This document shows, one piece after another, positions 38,661 through 52,900 of a DNA stretch of 64,000 nt (within the stretch, counting starts at the first letter, position 1; every line of letters starts with the position of its first letter). This DNA is from the human T2T-CHM13v2.0 reference genome, Homo sapiens. The stretch is taken from the NCBI GenBank assembly GCA_009914755.4, contig CP068257.2, positions 15,328,001-15,392,000 of the forward strand, written 5' to 3'. The position numbers were made by a program, and so were the translations under genes. The notes under the pieces were generated by a model. That model made no database searches and had not been told where the DNA came from. It saw nothing but the letters and a program-made list of their open reading frames with translations.

Positions 38661-40039
38661 AAGTTAGTATCACATATTGTTTTGTTACCGAATTCCTTTT
38701 TTCAAGTGAATTCTTAGGTTGATTTCAAATAAGTAATGCTAATGAAATTTCAGCAGAATAAATATGAAAAACTAAAAACTTCCTTCTCCTCTGAGCTCTT
38801 AGATTTATATTTTAGAGCATGTACAGCCTTAAAACATGGGAAAATGATACTGAACTGAAATATATTTTAGCATTTTTCATACTGTATTCCTAATGTCATA
38901 ACTCTTGAAAGTGATGTTTAAAAAAGAATTCTCTGGTTAATAATATCATTAAATAATGAATACCGCATCTCCCTTTTTGAGCGTTACAATACATACATCA
39001 AGTTAAGAAATCAATCAAGTTCTGTAGAAAAGAAATCTGTTAAATTTGTTTATTTTCATGTATCGTAAATGACCTTGAGTCACTTTTTTTCACATAAAGT
39101 GAATGTACCAAGAAGAATCATGGTTTTTAATATGAATTACAAGCTTATGAACTCCAAGGACCCTAGTTTAAACATCTCAGCCTTCTTTCAGGTTCTCAAA
39201 TGGTACTTACTGTAGTAATAGCAACTCAATGAATATTACTTCCATAAAGTTGAATTCCATAAGCACAGATTTAACTGAGAATAAACCATGGAATATCTAA
39301 AGTACCTTTTCAAAAAAGATAAAGTGATTATACAAAGCATATATAAAGCTTGTCAAGGAAAATAAATCTGAGATAATGTAAATATACATCCAAAATAGGA
39401 AAAAAAACCTAGAAAATTTTTAATCTTCCTTTTACTCATTGACTTCAAACTACCTAAAATTTCCTTTTATTGATCCATTTTCTCTCCACTTGTCAGCTTG
39501 TCCATTAGTCAATGACAGAAGAGAAAAAAAAAAGATGAGAAAGAGGAAATGTTAGAATCTTAGAAGCTGTTCCATCTCTATCCAGCTCGTCTGCCAGTCC
39601 TGGTCATTCACATAGGCAGTCCTCACTAGCCCTTACCCGGGCTTCCATAAAAAGAGCTTCTCTTCATTGAGAGCTAGTGCCTTTGGTACAGCTCCTCTAA
39701 TAAGATAAAGAGTGTGGTCTGAGACTGATTTTCCACTGAAATGTGGATTGATGTTCTTTAAGTCCCTTTCGCACTAAGTCCCTTTTGCACTAAGATTATC
39801 TTCATCGTCTATATGCACCTCTAAGTAGAAACAAAAGAGTAATGTCAAATAGGAAAGAATAATATTCACTCATCTCTACAAATGGCCAATAAAAGCCAAA
39901 ATACATAGATAGATATGATTGTGTTTGTTTTAGGAATGGAGAATAAAGGAAAATAGTTAACACTGTATTTTTGTATAATGAACAAACACTTTACTTCTAA
40001 GCCATAGATAATGGTTGTGAATAAAAGAAGTGAGTAATG

Positions 40040-40105
40040 GAAGGAAGGAAGGAAGGGAGACAGGGAAGGAAAGATAAAGAAAGGAAGAAAGAAAGAAAAG
40101 CAAAG
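40040..40105. repeat. Short degenerate (GGAA)n/(GAAA)n purine-rich microsatellite
   Basis: ggaaggaaggaaggaagggagacagggaaggaaagataaagaaaggaagaaagaaagaaaag. Confidence 0.75.
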
Positions 40106-43100
40106 AAAATAAATTAAGGACAGTAGGAACACCAAAAAGTAAGATTTTTATCACTATCTCCTCAGTGCTCAAATCCCTAAATTGGCCATAGGACCTACAA
40201 TAATTCATTTAGGAAGATTTTCCATTCCTCTTTCCAAAGGATAGGAGGGTTGAGGAGGATACTTCTGTTATTCCATCACAGTAAAAGAAGATGAATTACT
40301 GCCACCCAAAATTGAAAATGCATGATTGATTTTTCATAGAAACTTCTTAGTATGCAGTGTTAGGTTTGTAGCATTATTGACACAGCATGCTACTTTGTAT
40401 GCAATGTAATTAGTGAGCTGACCTTGGGATGGAAACTCAAGCTGCAACACGATGCTTGTCCTTTTGGAATACAGGCTGATCATGAAATGGAGATTATCTG
40501 CACTTATTTTCAGGAAAGAAAGGGACTGTAGTGAGGTTTCTCTAATCCAGAATAGTTTAAACATAGAAAATGTTTCAGAGGAAGGCAATCAAAATGATGA
40601 ATGAGCGAGAGTATTTTATTTATGTGAAAATATAAATGAGGCATAAATTATACAAAAGAAACTTGCTGAGATAAAAAACAACTTTGGAAAATTGTGTGAT
40701 GGTCCACAGAATGTAGAAAGCACAAACATCAAGGCTAGAGAAATAATTTACTAGGTTTCAAGGGTTACTAGTACAAATAATGAGAATAATTAAAAAGTAA
40801 AACAAGAGCTGCCTCCTCTATTTAAAAAGTAGCTGAAAAACTACACTAACTTGAATGTGGTCTAGGATCCAAAGCAGAAGTCTTAGGAGTAGAGTCTAAC
40901 ATTATATAATACTCATGTTAAAGGAGGCAAAACTGCCTACCTAGGGACCAATAACAATTCATCTACATTTCCTAGATACGTTTTTTTGACTCATCAGCAT
41001 CATATTCTTTTATGAATAATAAGTTCAACTAATTTGTTATCAATTCTTTCCACTATTGGAAAAGTCTGTTGGATATATTAATGTTGGAATGACAAGCAGC
41101 TTGTGCTCTTCTCTGGGCATCTAAAAATATCGCCAGATGCATTGTGAGCAATTTAAAAGCCATAATTAGCTTACTTCCAATGATAAATGAATAACAGCTC
41201 CACGTACCCTTAAGAGTCTCCAATGTTGTTCATTAGAAATATGTGAAGAGCCACATACGTAATTTTAAATTTCTTGGTAGCTACATTTTAAAAAGTAAAA
41301 CAAACAGGTAAGATTTATTTTAATAATACATTTAATTTAACCCAATATATGGAAAATATTATAGTTACAATTTGTGGCACTAGCCATATTTTAAGTCCCC
41401 AATAGGTACATGTAGCCAATTACTTTATTGTACAGCAAAGAAACTAAGAGAACAGTAGAGGCATAATTCTGGGGAGAAAAAAAAGCATAGGTCAGTGAAA
41501 AGGCATTTTTTTTTTAACTTAAGGTAGTGCACGTAATGATTGGATTGTGCTCTCTGTAAGTGACTTCACTGAGAAGGGAAAGGACTCGGCACTGTGTATG
41601 AGCTGAGGTGAGAACATCATCAAAATAAGAATGAACCTCTTTTTGTGATGAGGAAATAGAGCAATTTGGTAATAAAATGATTTTCTTTATATCCCCTCTC
41701 AGAATCAATAAAAATATATCAAAACATAATTTTAAAAATCTTCATAGTTGGCAACTGCAATGATATTAAAATGTTGTCACAAGAAAAACATGTTGTGATG
41801 AAAGTTATACATAAAATGATCAAGAAAAACACTTAAATTTAGCACTTAAAAACATTTTGAGGACAGTTAAAGATGCCCAGATTCAGAGTACCACTTACAG
41901 ATCATCATCCAGAAATATGCCAACAATATGTTCCTTTGTTCACCAAAAATATCCTTAGTATTTACTATATACACGGAGCTTTTCTAGCCCGGGGTACAAT
42001 AGAAACAAAAATAGGTAAAATCCATGCTCGATAAGAGCAAATATTCTAAGGTACCTACGTAAATTCATTTGTCTACCAAAGCTTTGTTAAATGGCTTCTA
42101 AAGAACTTTCTTCATTCTTTACCAACTAATATGATCTAGAGTTTGGTATTATAAGGAAACATATTCAATCTGATTGCCAAACTCAAGAAGTCTGGAATCT
42201 GTTTTATCTATCTCTGCATCTGCCTCAGTACATATCAGACTGCCTTATACATTATTTAATGATGGTATTGAGTTGAATCAAACTGAATTAAATCAAATTG
42301 AATTTAATTGAATAAAATAGAAGCCACTGCATTGTTAAAAGTACCAATTCATAAACTAGAAATACCACCATTAAAAATGAATACCAAAACCAGATAAAGA
42401 CTATTCTAGGGAAAGAAAAGTACAAACCAATATCTTTCATTAGCAGAGATGCAAAAATAATCAAGAGACTATTAGCAAATTAAATCCAATGATATATAAA
42501 ATGAATCACACACCATGACTAAGTAAGATTTATCACAGGTATATAAAATGGGCACTACGTGTCATAATCAATTAATGTAAACAATCATATAAACAGGCTA
42601 CAGAAGAAAATAAATATGATTACATCAGTTGATTCAGAGAAAAGATTGATGCATCCTGGCATCCAAAATCAATTCATGGTAAAAACTCTCAGCAAACTAG
42701 GAAGATAGGGGAACTTTCTCAACGTGATAAAGAACATCTATAAAGAACCTACAGCTAACATCATACTCAATGATGAGAAACCAGATGCATTTCCACTTGG
42801 AACAGCTTCTCTTTAACATTGTGCTAGAAGTCCTAGCTAACACAAAAAGAAAAAAAGTAAAAGTAAAATGTATACAGACAGTGAAACAAGAAATAAAATT
42901 GTCTCTGTTTAGAGATTACATAATTATCTATGTATTAAACTCCAAAGAATCAACAAAAATCCCCAGGAGCAAGCAAATGAATATAGTAAGAATGCAGGAT
43001 ACAAGGTTAATATACAAAGTCATTTGCTTTTCTACATACCAACAATGAACAATAGGAATTTTAAATGAAAAATATGATACCATTTACATTGGCACCAAAG

Positions 43101-43898
43101 CCAATAAATCACTCAGGCATAAATCTAATAAAATATATACAGGATCTATACAAGAAAAACTACAAACCTTTCATCAAAAACACCAAGGAATATCTGAAAA
43201 AATAGAGATATTCCATACTCATGTATACTTAATCACTAGATTAAGGCAATCCCAATCAAAATTTCAAGTTACCTTGCAGATATCAACAAACTAATTCCAA
43301 AGTTTATATGAAAAAGATGAAAGACCCAGAATACCCAACACTATGTTGAAGGAGAACAAATTAGCAAACAAACTCTATCTGACATCAAGACTAAGCATAA
43401 GCTACTGTAATCCAGACAGTATAATATTGGCAGTAGACACGTAGATTAGAATAAAGAACCCAAAAAACATAGCTAACTGATCTTTGACAAAGGAACAAAA
43501 TCAGTTACATGAAGAAAAAGATAGTCTTTTCAACAAATGGTCCTGGAACAACTGGACATCCATATGAAAACAAAATCTAGATATGAAACTTAACTGCTTT
43601 CACAAAAATTACCTTAAAATAGATTGCAAACTAAATGTAAAATGCAAAACTATAAAATTTTCGAAGATAATATAAGAGAAAATCATGACAATCTTTGATG
43701 ATGAGTTTCTATATACAATATCAAATGCATAAATTACAGAAAAAATTCAAAGTTGACTTTGTTAAAATTGAAAACTGCTCTGTGAAAGACATTATTAATA
43801 GAATAAAATTACAAGCCACATACTGTGAGAAAATTATCACAAAACACATATCTGATAGAGGGCTTGTATTCAAAATATAAAAAGAACTCTTAAAACTC

Positions 43899-43950
43899 AA
43901 CAATAAGAACTCAAACAATTCAATAAAAAGTGGTCAAATAACCTGAATAT
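43899..43950. repeat. Left copy of the ~52-bp target-site duplication flanking the nested L1
   Basis: aacaataagaactcaaacaattcaataaaaagtggtcaaataacctgaatat. Confidence 0.65.
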
Positions 43951-44936
43951 ATTGACAAATGGGATGGGATTAAAGAGCTTCTGCACAGCAAAAGAAACTA
44001 TCATCAGAGCAAACAGGCAACCTAGAGAGTGAGAGAAAAGTTTTGCAATCTACCCATCTGACAAAGGTCTAATATCCAGAATTTACAAGGAACTTAAACA
44101 AATTTACAAGAAAAAAAAAACCCTATTGAAAAGTGAGCAAAGGATATGAACAGACACTTTTCAAAAGAAGGCATTTACGTGGCCAAAACACATATGAAAA
44201 AAAAGCTCAACGTCACTGTCATTAGAGAAATGCAAATCAAAATCCACAATGAGATACCATCTCATGCCAGTCAGAGTGGCAATTATTAAAAAGTCAAGAA
44301 ACAATAGATGCTGGAGAGGCTGTGGAGAAATAAGGACACTTTTACACTGTTGGTGGGAATGTAAATTAGTTCAACCATCGTGGAAGATAGCATGGTGATT
44401 CCTCAAGAATCTAGAACCAGAAATACCATTTGACCCGCAGTCCCATTACTGGGTATATACCCAAAGGAATATAAATCATTCTACTATAAAGACACATGCA
44501 CATGTATGTTTATTGCAGCACTATTTACAATAGTAAAGACATGGAACCGACCCAAATGCCCATCAATGATAGAGTGGATAAAGAAAATGTGGTACATATA
44601 TACCATGGAATACTATGCAGCCAAAAAAGGAATCAGATCATGTCCTTTGCAGGGACATGGATGAAGCTGGAAGCCATCATCCTAAGCAAACTAACACAGG
44701 AACAGAAAACCAAACATCGCATATTCTCACTCATAGGTGGAAATTAAACAATGAGAACACATGGTGGGAAAAAACACACACCAGGGCCTATTGGGGGGTT
44801 GGGAGCAAGGGGAGAAAACACAGATTATGGGTCAATAGGTGCAGCAAACCACCATGGCACATGTATATCTATACAACAAACCTGCACATTCTGCACATGC
44901 ATCCTGGAACTTAAAGTAAAATAAAATAAAATAAAA
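43951..44936 (+). mobile_element. Nested 5'-truncated primate L1 (L1PA/L1PB-like) 3' end, ~985 bp, sense, ending in a (TAAAA)n/A-rich tail
   Basis: attgacaaatgggatgggattaaagagcttctgcacagcaaaagaaactatcatcagagcaaacaggcaacctagagagtgagagaaaag (L1[35 protein letters not shown]) ... ccaaatgcccatcaatgatagagtggataaagaaaatgtggtacatatataccatggaatactatgcagcc ... gtgcagcaaaccaccatggcacatgtatatctatacaacaaacctgcacattctgcacatgcatcctggaacttaaagtaaaataaaataaaataaaa. Confidence 0.9.
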
Positions 44937-44990
44937 ACAATAAGAACTCAAACAATCCAATAAAAAATGGTCAAATGGCCTGAACATACA
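44937..44990. repeat. Right copy of the ~52-bp target-site duplication flanking the nested L1
   Basis: acaataagaactcaaacaatccaataaaaaatggtcaaatggcctgaacatac: about 47 of 52 positions are identical to the left copy, with the differences scattered. Confidence 0.65.
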
Positions 44991-46580
44991 CCTCATCAAA
45001 AAAGACATACAAATGGCAAATAACCATATGAAAAGATGTGCAACATCATTTTTCATTAAATAATTGCAAATTAAACAAAGAGATACCACTATACACCTAT
45101 TAGAGTGACTAAAATCCAAAAATTTGACAATAACAAATACTGGCAATGAAGCACAGCAAAAGAAACTCTCATTCATTTCTGGTGGGAATGCAAGATGGTA
45201 CAGCCACTTTGGAAGACAGTTTGGCACATTCTTACAAAGCTAAACATAGTCTTACCATATGATCAGGCTCCTAGTTATTTACCCAATTCACTTGAAAACT
45301 TATGTGCACAAAAATACCTGTACTCAAATGTTTATAACAGCTTTACTTATAACTACCCAAAGTGGAACCAACCAAGATGTTTTTCAATAAGTGAATGGAT
45401 AAGCAAACTAGGACATCCAAATAGTGGAACAGGATTCAGTGATAAAAGGAAATGATCTCTCAAGCCACAAAAAGGTAGGTCATGCTTAAATGCAAGCTAC
45501 ATTTAAATGCATGTGAATGCATATTGCAAGTAACAGAAGCTAGCCTGAAAATGCTACATGTTGTGTGATTTCAATTATATCATATTCTGGCAAGGGCAAA
45601 CTATAGAGACAAAAAATATCACTGGTTGCCAGAGGTTAGGGCATGAAGGCAAGAGAGGGAGGAATGAATAGGTGAAGCACAGTGCTCAAAACATACACAC
45701 ATACACGCACACACACACAAACTCACAATGATTAGGGTATGTCAAAGTGCCACAGGAGCCAACTGAAAGAGCTCCCAATGCCCAAAGATGGGGCAATTGG
45801 AGCAACAAAATAAAATAGTATTGGATAAAATAAATATCCACAAGTCCTTATGGATATAAATAATTAAATAAACTAATAAATGGGAGAGAAGAAACAAATC
45901 TATCCAGAAGAATTCCAAATAACTTATTTAGACCTTTCACCCTAAAATAGGGGAAGCATAACTCCCAGATCCTTAAGTCTTGGAAGCACATAGTAACTTT
46001 CTTCCAAAGAATACAGTATGGAAGAAAGGGGTAAGAAAAACAGTGAAGAAACCTGACAAACACTACATCAGCCATCAAAATCAACATCAATACTCATAAA
46101 TGCTGTAAATCGTACATACCCTGGATGTAATGTGATTAAAAATTATACTTTGCCTTTGTGATCTTTCTCCACAAAAACCATAACTCTAGTCCAATAGTGA
46201 GAAAAACATGAAATTCTAATAGAAAGGCACCCCAACAATGTATCTGACCAGCACTTCCCAAAACTATCAAGGTCATCAAAAAAAGGGAAAGCATGATAAA
46301 TCATCACAGCCAAAAGGGGACTAAGGACTCAGGACCCTAGAGTAGAAAATAAACATTAGGTAAAAACTAAAAAAAAAATCAGAATAAATTATGGACGTCA
46401 GTTAATAATATATCAATATTGGTTCATTAATTTTAACAAACTGTGCTAATGTACGATGTTAGCAATAAGGAAAACTGTGTGTGAGATTGAAGCATAGAGG
46501 GAGGATATATGCAAATTCTCCCTACTATCTGCTCCATCTTTCTGTAAATTTAAAACTTTTATAAAAAATAAAATCAATTA

Positions 46581-46900
<320 letters not shown>

Positions 46901-47427
46901 AATAAAATCAATATTCTGACAAGCCCATGATATAGTTTAATATAAGTAAGATCAATTTTTGGACTCCATATAACTGAGAGCCATTCTAGGGATCTTAATG
47001 ATGTCCACAAAAATGCAGTGCCAAGACGATCCAGCCTAAAAGAACTTGCCATCCTTACTCATTTATTATAAAATCTACAATACTACAGTTTTCTGTGATA
47101 CCAGTGCTTGTCAGAATATGAAGTACTTACATCTCCATCTTAGTCCTGCAACCTAATCTAGTAATTACCCTAATTCTTTCTTGTCATTCATTCACAGCTA
47201 ATCTTGAAAGATTTCTCTCTCACAATGGCATTTTCCATTCATTCTTCAATCCATAATAATCTGGGTTCTGCCCCAATTCACTCCCAAGGTCAATAATGGC
47301 CTACCTATTGCCAAAATCAATGGTCACTCACCCATTATCTTATTTTACTTTTCAGAAGTGTTAGACACATTATTTATTCCTTCCTTTTTTAACACGTGCT
47401 TCTTTTGTATTCATCACATCTTGGGGG

Positions 47428-47428
<1 letters not shown>

Positions 47429-47459
<31 letters not shown>

Positions 47460-47497
47460 GTAACTAAGAGGGGGAAGAGAGAGAGAGAGAGAGAGAT
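47429..47497. repeat. (GT)n followed by (GA)n compound dinucleotide microsatellite
   Basis: gtgtgtgtgtttgtgtgtgtgtgtgtgtgtgtaactaagagggggaagagagagagagagagagaga. Confidence 0.92.
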
Positions 47498-48375
47498 TCC
47501 TGTTCTGTCTTTAAACATTATTGTCCATAAAGTGCAGTTTAGCAAGTTTTTTACTCTGTTAGTCTCTCCATGTGACCACCTTAATTCCTATCACTTTAGT
47601 AACTACTATATGTTAATGTATCCCAAATTTTTATCTCCCATCCAGAGCTCTTTCATGAGAGTGAGAAGATGTCTTCCTACTTACAATGGCATTTTCACTT
47701 GACAGCCCTACTCACATATCAAAATCAACATGTCCCAGAATATCCTATCATCCCTGTCATTCAAAACTGCTTATACACTTATATTCTATATGTTAGTATA
47801 TGGTATGCCTATTGTTTACTCAAGACAATAGCATAGTTGTTAAAATCAGCTTCATCCTTACTTCAAATATAAAATCATCCCTTAATTATTTTCAATTGTC
47901 TGTTAATTTTTAAAAATCCATCAATTTCTATCTGTCCTATAATTTTCATTCTCATTTAAGCCATCATCGCTTGCCTAGTTTCCCACAACAGCCTCACACC
48001 AGTCTCCACACCTCCTTGCTTCTTCCTTCAAATCTGTTCTTCAGTCTCTCTCATCATTCCCCAATTCAAAGCACTGTATTAACTCCTCTTCGTTATTTGT
48101 TTGAGGTTTAAATGATATCATTTTGCATATAGGGCTTTTCATAATTAGGATCCTGGATAACCCTCCAGTCTACTTTTCTCCTTCCTTCCCTCCTTCTACT
48201 TCACATTATGCTAAACTGCTTTTAGTTCCTCCAATGTCTATGCTGCTGCATATTTCTCTACCCAACTCTCATTGTCAATCTAACTTCAGAGTTTTGCCTA
48301 AATAGACCTTCCTTCAGGATGCCTTCTCTAAATTCACAAATCTCAAGTAGTTGCCTCTCTATATATTACCACACC

Positions 48376-48437
48376 CTCTCCTTCTCTCTCTCTTTCTCTC
48401 TCTCTCTCTCCCCCCCACCATCTCTCTCTCTCTCTCA
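48376..48437. repeat. (CT)n polypyrimidine microsatellite with an embedded C7 run
   Basis: ctctccttctctctctctttctctctctctctctcccccccaccatctctctctctctctc. Confidence 0.88.
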
Positions 48438-49548
48438 TTTCTAAATTTCCTGACTGCTTACCCATACTGCTAATTAAACTCCAAGCACTATGAAGTTAGT
48501 GAGAATATCTAAATTATTATTATCTCCCCAAGAATATCTAGGACAATGACTGACACAGTAATATTTGATAGATGGATTGATTGATCGATTGAAGGAAAGA
48601 TGGATGGATGATTAAAACATGAAAGTTGAAAAATCTAAACTCAGACCTCTTTTTAAAAAAATAAATAAATAAAACCTCTCTGGACTGAGTTACTCCTTGC
48701 TTGGTGCTTTTGATTTTAATACATTATCTCAGAAATAGCCTTAGTTTCTGTGAGTATAAAAAAAAAGTATAAAGAAGACTCACTGTGTCCCAAGTTTAAA
48801 GCAAGGATTTTCCAAGAGATCATTATTGCTCTAGGGTTGCAATCAGCATGTTAATCACCTAATACCATGTTTGGAACTACACATGAATGGACAGGACCAA
48901 AATTCCAAGACATCAAAGGACTCAAGTTGAATAATATCAACTTGAAAGTAATCAGAGAATGGTTAAAAAATGAATTGTCAGCAACTGAAGAATAACAGTG
49001 GGAATTAACCAGGACATGCTATGGGGCTATGACGGCAAATTGAATATGGGATGTATAAATAGCTACATAAGCCAAAATCAAATACTTGCTTCAGGCAGCC
49101 TTTAGACGTGACAGTTGGACAGTCCAGGAAGATTTCAAAGGTTTAAGAGAATAGATCTCGAGCAGATTAGGAAAGTCTGGATATTAATAGCAGCAAAATA
49201 TATGGAATAATAGGAGGTGAGATCAAAGATATTTTGCTATGCTTAAGCGCAGGAGAAGACTGAAAAACAAAACTATGGAGTGAAAAACTTGGAGGTCAAA
49301 GATACATACTCTATTTTCTCCAAATCAGCTTTTTTCATTCAAAACCAGCAATAGCCAAACAGCTTCAAAATGACTTTTTAAACTTTTTCCTTAAGTTATA
49401 CTTTAAAATTAAATAAAATCTCCACAGGAAAACTACTATTAGATATTTCCCTTTTGAAATGTGTAATTATAATGTCTTATGTTACAAATAAATAGGCACT
49501 AAAATGGCATTAATGGTAAACTCAATGTTAATCCAATTAAAAATAATA

Positions 49549-49919
<371 letters not shown>

Positions 49920-52900
49920 TTATTATTGCTTGTATTGTTTTGTTTTGTAAATGAAGACATCATCAAAGAGGAAATAGCTATTAATTTTTATCAATTTTGA
50001 AATCCTGCCTTTACATCTTCCTTCGCTGATGTCACCTCCACTTAGATCATTCAGAAAATAGTTGGCCAAGAAAATGACTATTCTTTATTTTTGTCCCAAA
50101 TGTTTTAGCTTATCTAATTCTAAAGATCCAAATCACCAGGTTATTGCAAATCTTCCACTTGATTTTTTCAGTATAAATTTGACCTACTAATGTTTAAAAT
50201 TCCTGAAGTACAGGAATGTGGTTCAGCTTTTCTCTGCTGTCACCTATGTGTCACACAATAACAAGAAGGAAAAAAAAAACCCTAAATGTTCAAAAAGTAC
50301 CTGTGGGGTAAACGAGTAAACCAAGAGTAAGAGAAATAAGTCCCTTAATCATTTGCTCACCTCGTGCCAGGTATAATGCCTAGGTGAAAAGAATGGTTAG
50401 AACATACTTGACCACCTGTCTTTTACCCATAATATCAAGCTACTAAATTGCTAATTTCTGAAAGGTCTGAGATACCTGGCCGTATCTTTTTGCCTATCTT
50501 TTTTGTTGATTTATTTTGAGGGGGTTCCACATTTTCTCATTATCTTTCTTTTCCTGCAGCAATTTGTGCATATAACTGCTTTTAATCCATAAAGTTGTTG
50601 TTACAAATAGTACTCTCTTTGATGAAGAACACTGTACTTGACAGGTTAATGATATTAAATTTTTTAATAACTTCCTATATTTAAATAAATAATGAGAAGA
50701 TGCAATTCATTTGTTTATTTTTAGTCCTTCAACCCTCTACAGGCAGTTAATATAGAGGAAGAAATTAAGGCAAACTCATTTCTGCCTCAGGAACTAGAGT
50801 TGAGCTCCTCTCCCAGTGTCAAATGTTTATTTGAATTTCCACACAGAATCAAGTGCCAATTATATTAAAATAATCTAGACACCTTCAAAATCTAAAGCCC
50901 CATTCATGGGATAAGTTGGAATCCAAAATTTATGGAAATAGTGATTTCATAGGTGTCTGTAGTAACTTGTTCCCTTGGCTAATGTGCCCATTGAACTAAA
51001 CAACACTGATGCAAAATTTTACGGGAAAATTATATTAGGTAGCCATAGGTGGAAACAACATCTGACTTTTCAGCTAGTTTCTCTTAAATAAAGAGCATTA
51101 AGTGTCATGAAGTAAAATCTATAATTAGATTTATGTTCCCCAAAACTAACACTCCAAAGTTTAGAAACAGGCATACCTGGTTATTTCAATTTATAATTTT
51201 TTTTTCTTGGAATTCTTTTTTGAATGCAGGGTATTTTTCTACAGTTCTTTGACTTAATATTCTCTGAGGGTAGATTTTTCTGTGTGCATTTACTCATTTG
51301 TTTGATTTTGGTTTTGCTCAGTAAAAAGATACTTTATCTAATTTCCTTTCCATATTTCCATTTGCTTTGTAAAATTAACTTAAAGCATGTGTACAGACTT
51401 GGATGAAACTCAAAGTAGAAATACATAACTTTCTTAGTGAGAAATGTAATTTGGTTTTTATAAAACAGTGTATCTTTTTTAATTGATGGACAAGTTTTAG
51501 AAACCACATATTCTTGGTTTGTGGCTATACTATCTAATTTTCTAAAATAGATTCATCTAGTTGCTCTCTGTATATACTAGTTGTGACATTCCCTTGTCGT
51601 TTCACAACTTTTTTAAAAAAAACTTGGCATATAAGAGTTCCCCTCCCTTAGGTATATTTATTCAAACTTGGATGGTGTGACAACAGGTATCAGGATTTTG
51701 CTACAGACACAGAAAAAAACTTGAGTCACACTCTTGTTTTCTTGAAGTTACCAGATGGTGGTGGCTGGCTGCTCCTCACTTAGGTATGAATGTTCAAAAT
51801 TGTAACTTTTGTTTAAGGCAGAACAAAAATTTTAAACCTGTTATTTGGAAAGGTGTTTTTTCTGAGCAACCTTAAGAAAACGAATGCCCTGGAAAATCTT
51901 TATTATTGATTCATAACATTCATTTTTAATAGATTTTATATCCTAGCTCATGTTTCACATTTTACACCATCTTCTTCTCAGGCCTGAAGGTAAAATTCTC
52001 ATGGCTGCCTATCTCTGGCCAGTGATTTTCTTTCTCTCTATTCTCTTTCAGCAACAGTTTAATCAAAGGGAAGGCAGTTTACTTTTTCAGACCCTCTGCT
52101 CCCATAATGACTTCCATATCTTTTATTAAATGTAGTAGGAGAAAAATTAAGCACTGTTAAACAGGGATAGATGTTGGTCAAAACATAAAAAATGATTTTA
52201 ATCAGTTACAATTTTGAACGTTTAAGGGAGAATAAGTTCAAGATATCTGTTGTAAATCATGGTGACTATAGTAAAACAACAATGTATTTTAAAGAATAAA
52301 ATAAAAGCTCTTATAGCATGACTCTGTTTTACATATCCAGAATCATTGAGATATTTGCATAAAGTGTCATAATTTCCCCTCTCCCTTTGGCTTTCTTATC
52401 CAGGCGCACTTGATTTCCACTGATATCAACTCCTTTAGCCTATTATGAGTGCATCTATACCCCTCTTTCTCTGACACTCTATTCCCAGCCTTTTCTCTTT
52501 CCGACATGCTCCTTTTCCAGCATTCTCTGCCTTGCTTTGGCATTCTTTCTCCAAGCCCACTCTCTTCTCTTCCTCTCTCTTCAAACTCCCATATACCTCC
52601 TCCGTTCTCATTTCTGCTGAATTGCTGATGGGATTTTCAGCTCCCATTCAACAATTTTTGTTTCTTTTCTTTCTGCCAATCTAGATATGAAATTTGGCCT
52701 CTTTTTTCTTGAATTTTACTTAAATAATAATAAACAAAAACACCCACAAATACAAAGTATATAGTAGATATTATTGAATGTTTTGGTGTCAGAGTTCTAT
52801 ATCAAAGTCATGCAAATACCTTAAAATTAAATATGACATATCCCCACTCTTAAAATTTTTTCAGCCAGTCTCATGTACCACTATAACCTGAGCTCACTCC

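Larger units (their letters stand above)
42390..45850 (+). mobile_element. Ancient L1 (L1MA/L1MB-like), sense: ORF2 RT region through the 3' end, split by a nested younger L1 at 43951-44936 (3' boundary approximate)
   Basis: tacaaaccaatatctttcattagcagagatgcaaaaataatcaagagactattagcaaat (L1[21 protein letters not shown]); ...catcctggcatccaaaatcaattcatggtaaaaactctcagcaaactaggaagataggggaactttctcaacgtgataaagaacatctataaagaacctacagctaacatcatactcaatgatgag...; after the nested element ...gacatacaaatggcaaataaccatatgaaaagatgtgcaacatcatttttcattaaataattgcaaattaaacaaagagataccactatacacctattagagtgactaaaatccaaaaatttgacaataacaaatactggcaatgaagcacagc...ggtgggaatgcaagatggtacagccactttggaagacagtttggca...cactggttgccagaggttagggcatgaagg tracks the L1MA C-terminus/3'UTR. 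Confidence 0.8.
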
